A stretch of 64,000 bases of DNA from Octopus sinensis (Eukaryota). Shown here one piece after another: positions 1-11,629 of this stretch. Under the pieces are notes generated by a model. The model was not told the DNA's origin and ran no database searches. It saw nothing but the letters and a program-made list of their open reading frames with translations. The stretch covers positions 36,208,001 through 36,272,000 of the forward strand of contig NC_043014.1 of the NCBI RefSeq assembly GCF_006345805.1, written 5' to 3'. The position numbers and the translations under genes are program-made. Position 1 is the stretch's first letter. Each line of letters opens with the position of its first letter.

Positions 1-1030
1 TTGAGAGGTATTCTTTGGGGTTTGAATAATTCACCTCTGGAAACATGGGTGGTTCTTTCAACATCCTTAAACAACCCTTACTCAGGGACCATGTCGCGCA
101 CATATGGTTTGGATGCATGTGCCTAGTGTACCCTTATCAGACGGGTAGTCATGATGGGTATATGGGGCTTCGTATAATTTACCCCAGTGGTCACTTTGAT
201 GCATGAATGCTCTCTCACCAATAGTAATAATAATACTAATATAATAATAATAGTAATAATATCCAGACAGTGGCTCTCATGGCTTCTGATCTTAACTGAT
301 TGGAAGTGTTATCATGTACATTGTTTCGTCTTGGTATAAAAGATGGGCTACAGCAAATATTCTGCTCAATACCACAGATTTGCTTGTCAGTTGTTTGACC
401 TTAACCAGTTGACCATGTCCCTTAGTGGCTGACGATATGTGCATCTCTGATCGCCAGCAGAGGTAGTGGGGGAGCATCATAGCCGTTTGTTGAAAGGAAT
501 TCTTAGAGGTTGGGATAATTCACCTTTGGAGACATGGGTGTTTCGTTCAGCATCCTTAAACAATCCTTATTCAGGGGACCTTTAGCTGAATGGGCTACTC
601 AACCAGAAGAAAATTCTACTGGCCCTTGACCTTAACCAGTTGACCATGTCCTTAGTGGCTGACGATATGTGCATCTCTGATCGTCAGCAGAGGTTGTGGG
701 GAGCATCATAGCCGTTTGTTGAAAGGAATTCTAGAGGTTGGATAATTCACCTTTGGAGACATGGGTGTTTCGTTCGCATCCTTAAACAATCCTTATTCAG
801 GGGACCTTTTAGCTGAATGGGCTACTCAACCAGAAGAAAATTCTAACTGGGCCCCACCTGCAAGGTCATATGCTGCTTATCTTGATATGAGATCACCATG
901 TTGTCCACATATGGTTGTGATGCATGTGCCTAGTGTACCCTTATCAGACGGGTAGTCATGATGGGTATACTGGGCTTCGTATATTTTAACCAGTGTCATT
1001 TTGATGGCATGCACTGCTCTCTCAACCAAC

Positions 1031-1060
<30 letters not shown>
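1..1060 (+). mobile_element. Two partial copies of a non-autonomous retroposon-like repeat ending in (AAT)n tails, with an internal tandem duplication
   Basis: The 3' block cttatcagacgggtagtcatgatgggtat...tgctctctca followed by (aat)n occurs at about 130-260 and 940-1060; about 395-626 is repeated at about 627-858. Confidence 0.6.
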
Positions 1061-1063
<3 letters not shown>

Positions 1064-1774
1064 CTTTGGAAGGAGTTATAAATATTAACTCTTTAGCCTA
1101 CCATCTTGTAGTTTCTCTCTTAGTTAATCATATCTTTCAGCCTACTCTTAAAGCAAAACCATTATATCTACACTTGGATAATGAAAATAAAACTTTTACT
1201 GTTTCTAATGGAAATCTATTTATAACCTTTTCTGAACTATATCATTAATTTTAAATATAGCTTCTACCCTTTTCAGATGAAGATTTGTATACATATCGTA
1301 GGAAAAATCATACAAATGCACGAGTCGAACTACTACTATAATCTTTTGCAGCTTTCTTAATAATTCGCACACTAGACTCATTACTCCAAAACGAGCTGCT
1401 GCCCGAATCGTATAATTCCTTTGCAATAACTCATAAAGGACGACCTTTTTTGTTTGTCTCATTGGTTCTACCATTAGTAAAACGACAGTTTTACTAATGG
1501 TAATATGGACAGTTGTTTATTGGTATACTTTCTGGCACTCACAATAAATCTATTCTTATATGGGACGTTATAAAAGTTTTTAATCTGTCCCACCTCCACC
1601 TCGCAAAAAATTACTTTGGAATAACTTTGTCCTTCTCTTCTACGCTGATGAAATGACTCACATCAGGCATTAACTTCCTTATCAAATCATTCATACTGCC
1701 AGATAATACCATTGATTGGTGTTCTTTTACAAATAATTACAAAATTCGCTTCAGCCTATTCCGTTGGTACTATA

Positions 1775-2085
1775 ATGTGGCTTAGTGGTTAGGGCATTCG
1801 GCTCGTGATTGTAAGGTCTGAGTTCAATTCCCGGCGACGCGTTGTGTCCTTGAGCAAGTCATTTTTTCACGTTGCTCCAGTCCACTCAGCTGGCAAAAAT
1901 GAGTAGTACCTGTATTTCAAAGGGCCGGCCTTGTCACACTCTGTGTCACGCTAAATCTCCCTGAGAACAACGTTAGGAGTACGTGTGTCTGTGGATTGCT
2001 CAGTCACTTGCACGTTAATTTCACAAGCAAGCTGTTCCGTTGATCGTATCAGCTGGGACCCTCATCGTCGTAACCGACGGAGTCC
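1775..2085 (+). mobile_element. tRNA-derived SINE (family C)
   Basis: A-box/B-box-like head gtggcttagtggttaggg...gagttcaattccc; body and 3' end (cgtcgtaaccgacggag) shared with 56221-56600. Confidence 0.7.
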
Positions 2086-2384
2086 TCCTATAATGTATTT
2101 ACCTTGCAATACCTTAATATATTACTTAAGTTCCCGCTTACTAAAATCTGATCCTTCTCCTATCATCTATTTCATCCTTCTAACTCTTTCCAATGATAAT
2201 CCAGTTATTCGTTTCCTCCAGTTTCCAAAATTTTCCATTATAACTTGGTTTTTAAGATTTACCCTAAATATAAACTCGACAACCTATTTGAAGATAACCT
2301 CCTCTAATTCTTATCTTACCCGGTTCCCTGCATTTGGTATCTTGCTCATTCATTCATGCATTCATTCATTCATTCATTCATCAT

Positions 2385-2560
2385 TCACTTTCCATGGTGA
2401 CACGGGTTGGATGGTTTGACGGGAGCTGGCCAGTTGAAGACCTGCCCAGGCTCTATTTTGTCTGTTTTGGTATGGTTTCTGCAGCTGGGTGCCCTTTCTG
2501 ATGCCAACCGCTTTACAGAGTGTACTGAGTGCTTTTTATGTGGGACAATTATCCTTTTTA
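2385..2560 (-). mobile_element. SINE/LINE-tail repeat fragment (family D)
   Basis: Reverse complement resembles 58730-58860 (ggaagggcatctagccgtagaaacc...cccatgccagcatg). Confidence 0.5.
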
Positions 2561-2759
2561 AATACTCATTTGTAATATTTAAATCCCACGTATAAACATA
2601 TCCCACCCCAAAGTAGCAGAACTGGGACTTTACACAATAAAAATTTCTCAGGCAAGTGCTTCCGAAGCCTTTCAAGTTCCACAGACATTTGCTATAATTA
2701 AATAACCTTTCACCTATAGTGCGACCAAGTTTATAACTAATGCATGCATTTGTACTCTT

Positions 2760-2860
2760 AGCGTATATACATACATTCACACACTCATAAATACATATAT
2801 GTATACACACATATATACGTATATATACATACAGTATGCATACATAAATACGTATTTGTA

Positions 2861-2895
<35 letters not shown>

Positions 2896-3024
2896 CAAGC
2901 ATCCCAAAAATATATATACGCAGAGAAGCTATACAATAGCGTCGTATTTATTACGATTGATATTTCCAGTAAATATTGGTGCCTTGTTATACCATTTATC
3001 TACTTTATACGTATATAATATATA

Positions 3025-3068
<44 letters not shown>

Positions 3069-3300
3069 GTATATATATGTATATATATGTATATATATGT
3101 ATATATACGTATATATATGTATATATACGTACATATATGTATATATACATATTGTATACATACGTACATACATACATATATGTATATATACTTACATATA
3201 TGTATACATACGTACATACATATATACATATATGTACATACATATATATGCATACATATACATATATATATATATATATATATATCTATATATATATGTA
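2760..3300. repeat. Compound (TA)n/(TATG)n/(TACA)n microsatellite
   Basis: Directly visible; accounts for the YI/CV-rich ORFs here. Confidence 0.95.
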
Positions 3301-3694
3301 CGGTGCTTGGTCACTTCAAACGAACTTTCGCAAGCATGATGGGGGAGAATGTTAGTAGTTATTTAGTTGGCGGACATTGGCTGATGAGAAATCACACGCC
3401 TAGGTGGCGCTAAATTTCGGAACCGGTACCAGGCTGACCAGCATTTACTTGTTCTGACCCATTTGAGGTAAGTCATTATTATTGTTCACTGATATTTTTC
3501 CTATCTTGTCTGATTTGTGACTATTCGGTGGTACAGAAGTATTTTTTGACTTCTATCATTAGCGGTATAGGTACTCATGTAGTACCCTTGTGTATATATG
3601 TACATATCTAATATTGTATGTATATATTTTATTAATTTGCCTGTACGGCTGATAATTCGCTTACCACTTGTGATGGTATTTTAATAATACCATC

Positions 3695-3696
3695 CC

Positions 3697-3734
<38 letters not shown>

Positions 3735-3849
3735 CATACATATATACACACACACACATATATATATACACACACACACACATATATATATATACATACA
3801 TATATACATACACACACACATATATATATATATACATACACACACACAG

Positions 3850-3882
<33 letters not shown>

Positions 3883-3957
3883 CATACATATATACATACA
3901 TATACATACATATATACATACACACACACATATATATATATACATACATATATACAT

Positions 3958-3990
<33 letters not shown>

Positions 3991-4219
3991 CACATATATA
4001 TATACATACACACATACATATATACATACACACACACATATATATATATATACACATACATATATACATACACACACACACATATATATATATTATACCA
4101 AACATACATATATACATACACACACACACATATATACACACACACACACACCCCACACACGCACACACACACACACCACACACACACACACACACACCAC
4201 ACAAACACACACATACAAC

Positions 4220-4252
<33 letters not shown>

Positions 4253-4255
4253 ATA
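3695..4255. repeat. Compound (TA)n/(CA)n microsatellite
   Basis: Directly visible. Confidence 0.95.
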
Positions 4256-4425
4256 ATCATTTTTTTAGAAAAAACATAAATTCGTGGAAGAAGCACACTC
4301 AACTGCCCTAACAACAAATTTTTCGGCAAATTTAGGGTATGTAAATCGTAATTTGAATTTAACGTACAATAGCGTCTTATAAAGTGAGATTTATACATCC
4401 TGAATTTGCAGAAGAATTTGTTATT

Positions 4426-4498
4426 GCAGCAGTTTAGCTTAAAGGTAGAGCACTGTGACGCGTAATCACAGGAGTGTGTGTTCGAGTTTCATGGCTGT
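4426..4498 (+). pseudogene. Decayed tRNA-Thr(CGT)-like sequence or SINE head
   Basis: 73 nt; D-loop-like tagcttaaaggtagagc, anticodon stem tgtga/tcaca around loop cgcgtaa, T-loop ttcgagt; acceptor and T stems have mismatches. Confidence 0.45.
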
Positions 4499-5397
4499 CT
4501 CCCGACACATTTTCTGCAAAATATGGATTGTTTATCCTGTTCATGCTATTTTATTAGTATTATCCTGGGCACGAGAATAAAGAATTACTTCTTTAATATG
4601 TGTTGGAACACCTACATTGCTAGAAATAAGAGCTGACGAGCTCTGTTGCTGCTGTGAACGCACAAACACCATCAGTCATATTTAATGACAACTATTGTCT
4701 TCCTTTTTGGTGAAACTCTGCTAACTAGCTGCCTAATTTAATTAATATATAATATAACTAATTCTAAGTGAATTACACTATTTTATAACCAAAAGTTAAT
4801 AATTAAAAGACTCCATACGTATTAAATATTCGTTATCCTTACTTACTTTAATGTTAAACTTATACCAGTAATTTAATAGATAATACTAAAATATCCGTAT
4901 TAAATCAGAAACTAATAAAAGAATATCTATAATTATCAATTAATAATAAAAAAAACCTTGTTACGATTAACGCTAAATATATAATTGCTTAAAAGATTAA
5001 ATAAAATATAAAGTTTTTTTAGTTGCTTTTTTCAGAAAGGTGTATTCCTGCAGCTCATTAGAAAAGCTCATATAAACAGATAATCTCGTCATGATCATAT
5101 CTTGCGTTCACCCAGATGTCCATACCACACAGACGGATCGAACTTGCATTGCGCCGCTACCATCTTGAAGATTCTGATATGAATCTCTACAATAATTTTC
5201 TGCTGAGGGTCACCTCTCGGTCAGAAATATCAGACACGTATCGGCTTGAAAAATAAATAATAATTGGATATACTGTCTTTGCTCTTTCCATTGACATAGT
5301 GGCCAAGTTAACCGAGTTAGAATGTAGAGACCTTAATCAAATCCCGCGCCCAGCAGCCAAAGATGAGTATTTATGGACGACCTTAACATAAAAACAA

Positions 5398-5760
5398 CGG
5401 ATCTTTTCGGTTTGAACGGCAGTTTTTTCTAGCGGTGTCATATGAAATTGTCACCCATAATTATGACCCTAGAATCGATCTATTGCATTTCAATCTCTTT
5501 TAGGGTTAGGGGTGGGGGAAGGGTATCTTTTTTTCTTTACAAATGTAAATAAACCCAATCTGTTTCTTAAACGAGGGACATATTCATATAGCACAGAATG
5601 CTTTTTAACTCAATAGACGTCACTAACTGGTTGAAATTGCAGAAATTGAAGAAAAAAAAACAACAAATATCTTACAAACTATAGAATTTTCGCAATAAAG
5701 CCAAGAGAAAAAGATGTTTTATAAACACATTCTACCAGTATACGAAGTTTAAAATTTGTA
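5398..5760 (-). mobile_element. Partial copy of the Merlin-like MITE
   Basis: Starts with TIR ggatcttttcggtttgaacggcagtttt; body is the reverse complement of 9492-9921. Confidence 0.75.
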
Positions 5761-6119
5761 CTCATAAATATTGCCTGCGCGCTCACGCACACACACATGC
5801 ATACACACGTTTATATAATATGTTTTCAATAACAAAAATCAATGAGCAGAAACTGAATAAAGCACTGAATATAAGTTGCTGAGTTAAATATTTATTTCTC
5901 GGAATCTGTGATTTGACTGTAACTTGGAAATTTCGCAGAAGGTGCTTATCAGACAGTAACCTGCAAAAAGGAAAGCGTTGTCAAATTAGAAAGAAACATG
6001 TATGTATGTATGTATGTATGTATGTATGTATGTATGTATGTATGTATTTGACTTCAGCCAGCACTTGACAACCGGTGTTGCTTGTATACGGTCTCATAAC
6101 ATAGCGGTTCAGCAAAAGC

Positions 6120-6360
6120 AACCTATTTCTTTATTACCCACAAGGGGCTAAACATAGAGGGGACAAACAAAGACAGACATAGGTATTAAGTCGATTACAT
6201 CGACCCCAGTGCGTAACTGGTACTTAATTTATCGACCCCGAAAGGATGAAAGGCAAAGTCGACCTCGGCGGAATTTGAACTCACAACGTAACGGCAGACG
6301 AAATACCGCTAAGCATTTCGCCCGACGTGCTAACGTTTCTGCCAGCTCTCCGCCTTTCTG
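6120..6360 (-). mobile_element. tRNA-derived SINE (family B)
   Basis: Reverse complement of ggcggagagctggcagaaacgttagcacg...gggtaataaagaaatagg; further copies at 15879, 20700, 27862, 34384, 39350, 46645 and 62990. Confidence 0.85.
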
Positions 6361-6644
6361 CCAGCTCTCCGTTCAGCAAAAGCAACCGACAGAATAAGTA
6401 CCTAGACTTAAAGATGAGTAGTGAGGTGTATTTGTTTGATATTTCAAGGTTATGGCCAAGCATGGTCACAGACTGAAACCAGTGAAGGATCTACAAAATG
6501 ATGGGATGTCCACTGCTCGAATGCTTTTCCCGATGAATGCTAATCTGGACGTTATAGAACGATGATGACAACAAGACATCATTGAGATTTCAAAAACAGT
6601 AAGCAATGCAATAAGCACAAACTAAATCAATAATATTTTACATA

Positions 6645-7030
6645 GGCGCAGGAGTGGCTGTGTGGTAAGTAGCTTGCTTACCAACCACATGGTTCCGGGT
6701 TCAGTCCCACTGCGTGGCATCTTGGGCAAGTGTCTTCTGCTGTAGCCTCGGTCCGACCAATGCCTTGTGAGTGGATTTGGTAGACGGAAACTGAAAGAGG
6801 CCTGTCGTATATATGTATATATGTATGTGTGTGTCTGTGTTTGTCCCCCTAGTATTGCTTGACAACCGATGCTGGTGTGTTTATGTCCCTGTTACTTAGC
6901 GGTTCGGCAAAAAGAGATCGATAGAATAAGTACTGGGCTTACAAAGAATAAGTCCCGGGGTCGATTTGCTCGACTAAAGGCGGTGCTCCGGCATGGCCGC
7001 AGTCAAATGACTGAAACAAGTAAAAGAGTA
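6645..7030 (+). mobile_element. tRNA-derived SINE (family A)
   Basis: ggcgcaggagtggctgtgtggtaag...gactgaaacaagtaaaagag with internal (TA)/(TG) tract; about 11 copies in the window. Confidence 0.9.
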
Positions 7031-7567
7031 TAGAGATAAAAAAAAAAATCACAGGGAAGAAAATGAAAAACAAACTAACCTGGTTGATTCTTTTATTTTT
7101 GTTTTGAGCTCCTTAACGTAGATTGCTAATAGAAAGCAGGAATGTTGCAAATGTTAAAATCTTAGTAATATTTGCATCATACAGTTTTTCTGTAATAGAA
7201 AGAAACAAAATATTTCATTATAATTTTGTTACAAAGCCAGAAATTTTAGGGAAGGGGGAAATCTATTACGTCCACTCCAGTGCTCAACTCGTACTTATTT
7301 TATCGACCCCCGAAAGGATGAAAAGCCGAGTCAACTTCGGCGGGGTTTGATTTCGGAAAGTAAAGCCGAACAAAATGCTGTTATGCATTTTTTTTTTCCT
7401 GCGGGCTCACGTTTCTGCCAGAACTCCGCTTCAGAAAAAAATTATCAAGGATATTGGGAATTTACATAAACATGTGTAAAAAATGAAAAAAAACCCCAAA
7501 AAAACTATAACAACAGGAAAATTATGGCAACCGAGTAACCCTACAGATCTTGAGTCACCTTGCTCAC

Positions 7568-7830
7568 CATGGTAAATGCTTCGGCAGGATGCCCGAGACG
7601 CCAGCCTAAGACGCCGTCAGCCCGGCGGCAGGCCGCCGCCTTCACGCCATCTTGCTTTCCCCGTTCGTCCACGCGCCGCGGGGCCGTTAGCGGCAGGCTT
7701 GCGCCGGTCGCTCGTTCCTCCGCCGCGCTACCGTGCCCGAAATAGAAAGAACGAACCTAAGCTCGCGGTATGGCCATTTTAGCTATATTCATCCACCGTC
7801 CAATAAATGTGCCGGGAAGAAGTACCTCTG
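7568..7830 (-). promoter_or_regulatory. GC/CpG-rich promoter and putative first exon (5'UTR + ATG) of an unidentified minus-strand gene extending off the left of the window
   Basis: The only strongly GC/CpG-rich stretch in the window (7580-7770). Minus strand reads ...aagcatttaccATG|gtgagc (ATG 7570-7568, donor 7567). YY1-type AAGATGGCG at 7653-7645. Confidence 0.55.
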
Positions 7831-8154
7831 TCTCCAGAGTTCAACTTTCCGATCGTTCATATCGCATGTCAACATTGATTTGCGTCACGATTTTTTTATT
7901 TTACTTACAGAACGGCGATACGTTCGTGTCTATTTCTGAATATTTACACTTTTAAGACTTTAACCGACAAAGATTTACACAGGAGTGCGCCTAAGGACAT
8001 ATGGACTAACATCTACACGATCGAAAAGTTGAACTGTGATCTTTTATGCTTCTTTTTACTTCACTTTCTTCTTTTTCTTCATCTCCTTATTGCTTTTCTC
8101 CTCTTCTCTATGTCACCATTTCATTAATCTATACCCTTCTCATTTTTCCTATTT

Positions 8155-8210
8155 GTCTCCGATGACAGAATATCCCATTCTCTTGGCTAACCCAGAAACA
8201 GCTGTAAGAC
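8155..8210 (+). ncRNA. Degenerate type-I hammerhead-ribozyme-like motif
   Basis: gtct-CCGATGA-...-GAAAC-agct-GTA-agac: stem I gtct/agac, palindromic stem-III loop, core has C at U4. Confidence 0.4.
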
Positions 8211-8430
8211 TTAGAATTTTTCCATTAATAATAACGTATATGACTTGAGATGTTTGTCTTGCCTTAACATTTGTTGTCCTCTTTAACAATTATATATCCA
8301 CTATATCGGAAATCTACAATGGTTCCATAACTCACGTCTCGGCTATAATATTCGAACCCTGGTAATCTGTTACAGGTCTAACCCAGCGTAACTAGTCGGT
8401 TAGATCACCGTAAATTAAATCCCCATATTT

Positions 8431-8468
<38 letters not shown>

Positions 8469-8474
<6 letters not shown>

Positions 8475-8673
8475 ACAATTACTCAATAGTCAAGATAAAA
8501 CTCTGAGTTTCAGATGCCGAAGTGGAAATCTACAACACCATCTCTTCGGTTATCTGGCCATCTGAAAAAACCTTTTTCAGATGGCCAGATAACCGAAGAG
8601 ATGGTGTTGTGGATCTCCACTTCGGCATCTGAAACTCAGAGTTTTATCTTGACATATGAGTAATTGTAACATA
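8469..8673. repeat. 205-bp near-perfect palindrome
   Basis: Arms 8469-8569 and 8573-8673 with 3-nt loop acc; about 5 mismatches by eye. Confidence 0.95.
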
Positions 8674-8777
8674 TTATTTTATAGATTAATTTCCTCTATT
8701 TACATAATATGAGGTCTCTTTCTTCTCTTTGGTTATCTACCGTTTTACCAATATATATATATGTATATATATATATA

Positions 8778-8810
<33 letters not shown>

Positions 8811-9200
8811 GGGGGGTGTGTGGGGAAGAGAGAGAGAGAGGGTGCATGTGTGTGTATACATGTATGTATGAATGTGTCTTCGTGTTTGTTCCCCTACACA
8901 CACGTAACTTATCAGTTCAGCAATAAAGAACGATAGAATAAGTTCCAGTCACGATTTGTTCAACGGAAACCATTTAAGGCCATGGTCCAGCATGCTCTCA
9001 GTCCAATAGTTGCAAGAAGCAAAAGTTAAACTATATAAGATACCTGCATTAGCTGTTTGTGGGAGATAGTCTTTCAGCCAGTCTAGAAAGAAAAAAATTA
9101 AAAACAAAACTATAATATATAAACATTATAATTAAGGATTTATCTTAGTTTCCAGTGGAGTTTTGAAAATCCAAATTAGAAAGCGAAATCAAAGCAAAAT

Positions 9201-9234
<34 letters not shown>

Positions 9235-9491
9235 CTCGAGCAACAACCGAAAAGTATGACCAAAATTCGATCTTGAACATAAATTCAATCAATAATTTTG
9301 TGTTGTTGTTTTATATAAATCTTTAATAATTGCATTGTAAAGATTTTCTTTGTAGAAGGTATTTTAAAAATTTATTTGTGAATTTATTCGCCGCGCTATA
9401 TTTTCATACTGCTAGCTCCTCAACTCTGAAATATGAACTGGTACTTATTCTATGTCAACCAGACAAACTGAAGTACTGTCGTGAAGTAGTG

Positions 9492-9921
9492 GGTTTTTTT
9501 CGGTTTGAACGGCAGTTTTTAACATAATTTCTAGGTAACTAAAAAATTTAAACTTCGTATACTGGTAGAATGTGTTTATAAAACATCTTTTTCTCTTGGC
9601 TTTATTGAGAAAATTCTATAGTTTGTAAGATATTTGTTGTTGTTTTTCTTCAATTTCTGCAATTTCAACCGATCAAATACGTCTGAGGTAAAAAAGCATT
9701 CTGTGCCGTATGAATATGTCCCTCGTTTAAGAAACACATTGGGTTTATTTACATTTGTGAAGAAAAAAAGATACCCTTCCCCCCACCCCTAACCCTAACC
9801 CTAATTAACCCTAACCATAAAATAGATTGAAATGTAATAGATCGATACTAGGGTCATAATTATGAGTGACAATTTTATATGACACCGCTAGAAAAAACTG
9901 CCGTTCAAACCGAAAAGATCC
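9492..9921 (+). mobile_element. Merlin-like MITE, near full length
   Basis: TIRs ...ttcggtttgaacggcagtttt / aaaactgccgttcaaaccgaaaagatcc; internal (ccctaa)n. Confidence 0.8.
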
Positions 9922-10317
9922 CAGACATGTTTTAAATATTAACCAGAGTTACACAAAATTTTTAATATGTTGTATTTGGAGGAATATTTAATTGGATGGT
10001 TTTCCACTTACTTTATTTAGTAGAACGTCATCGTCCAATGTAACTTCCTTTTACCAAGACAAGAGAACGGGATTTTTCAGAAAGGTTTACCTGCTTTTTA
10101 TCACTTAGAAACTTGTTCGTGATGTAGTGGTTACAGCATGTAGTGGTTACATCATGAGTTCGAATTACACCGAAGTCATCTTTTCACTTTTCTCTTGCTG
10201 TTTAATTTCAGGTCTATCTGCTCAAACAGACCTGTGGTCAACCTCATCGTGACATTGACGAGCATAACAAATAGTACGCTTGACCACGACAACAGCAATA
10301 TCATTAAATATTAATCA

Positions 10318-10703
10318 GGCGCAGGAGTGGCTGTGTGGTAAGTAGCTTGTTTACCAACCACATGGTTCCGGGTTCAGTCCCACTGCGTGGCACCTTGGGC
10401 AAGTGTCTTCTACTGTAGCCTCGGGCCGACTAAAGCCTTGTGAGTGGATTTGGTAGACGGAAACTGAAAGAAGCCCGTCGTATATATGTATATATGTATA
10501 TGTATGTGCGTGTTTGTGCGTCTGTGTTTGTCCCCCTAGCATTGCTGGTGTGTTTACGTCCCCGTTACTTAGCGGTTCGGCAAAAAGAGACCAATAGAAT
10601 AAGTACTGGGCTTACAAAAGAATAAGTCCCGGGGTCGAGTTGCTCGATTAAAGGCGATGCTCTAGCATGGCCGCAGTCAAATGACTGAAACAAGTAAAAG
10701 AGA
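10318..10703 (+). mobile_element. SINE family A
   Basis: Matches 6645-7030 end to end. Confidence 0.9.
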
Positions 10704-11629
10704 GAGAAAGAGAGAAATAACTACGTACATAGCAAAATGATACATATCATACTAAGCAAACTCAATCGTTCGAAAGCATTGTTTCAAAGATTCATTGTTC
10801 TCAAAAAAAAAAAATAATAAATAAAGCTTAGTGACATTTTGTTCCAAGGGGTGGTAGCTGTCTTTGTTTTATCTTAGAAAGATTTGGAGACAGTACAGGC
10901 TGTCACACGAATTGCTATATTGTGAGAGAGAGGGTGTACAACACCATTTTTGTGTTATCTTTAGAAAAAAAGTATGTGGCAATGCACAGAACCAGAATCA
11001 CCATCAAGGACATTGTTGACGGCATCGAAACCTAGCTCATAGTTACCTTCGTTAAACAATATAAGTACGTTGATCTTTGCCGACTTAAATTTCGGTGATA
11101 TACGGTCAGAAGTAATTTCTCAGAAATTCGCATTATCACAAAATAAAATCAGATTTGCGTCTTGCAGAAAATGATGATAAAAAGACATTGAAGTTCACCA
11201 TTTTGGGCAGAGAGATCAGTTAATAAACACATGGTAGATAGAGAAACTTGAGAGATTTCTGTAAACAAAACCAACAGCTACAAATCATGGATGATGCTGG
11301 TCCTATGTTTGTACAAAACACAAGTGCACCTCCAATGAAGAGAAGACGCTCTACTCTGAGATACCAATCTCTTATGAAAGAGCCCATCCCACGTGAAGAA
11401 TACATACTGGGTGAGAAAGACCCATCTTATGTGAGAGACGAAATATACTATACATATTTATGTATATGTGTGTGTTTGTGCGTGTGCATTGGTGCGAGTT
11501 GATATGTATGTATGTATGTACGTATGTATAAAGAGAAAGTCCTCTTCTCTGCGCTTGTCCGAGACTTTTCCGTTACAATTCCCACCATAAGGTAGATTTT
11601 ATTCAGCCCATAAAAAATGGAATGTATTT

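Larger units (their letters stand above)
5760..7555. repeat. Segmental duplication block, paralogous to about 32640-33990
   Basis: Colinear similarity, e.g. 7127 ttgctaatagaaagcaggaatgttgcaaatgttaaaatcttag vs 33546 ttgctaataaaaagcagggctgttgcaaatattaaaatcttag; SINEs at 6120 and 6645 are absent from the second copy. Confidence 0.85.

Noticed and set aside
1220-1474. 84-aa minus ORF with a weak Tc1-like HTH look (LLQRNYTIRAAARFGV)
   Set aside because: No downstream transposase motifs, TIRs or convincing splice sites; too weak to call.
2385-4398. Long ORFs rich in YI/CV/HT dipeptides (also near 13500-14500, 41100, 43000, 50178, 59376, 61095-62300)
   Set aside because: They are translations of TA/CA/TATG/GATA microsatellites, with no splice or domain support.
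7556-7572. Minus-strand accatggtgagcaagg resembles the start of EGFP
   Set aside because: Only about 16 nt match, the sequence then diverges, and a paralogous genomic copy exists near 33970; coincidence of Kozak ATG plus a gtgag donor.
9780-9820. (CCCTAA)n as a telomere or chromosome-fusion site
   Set aside because: Short, degenerate and always embedded in the same MITE.
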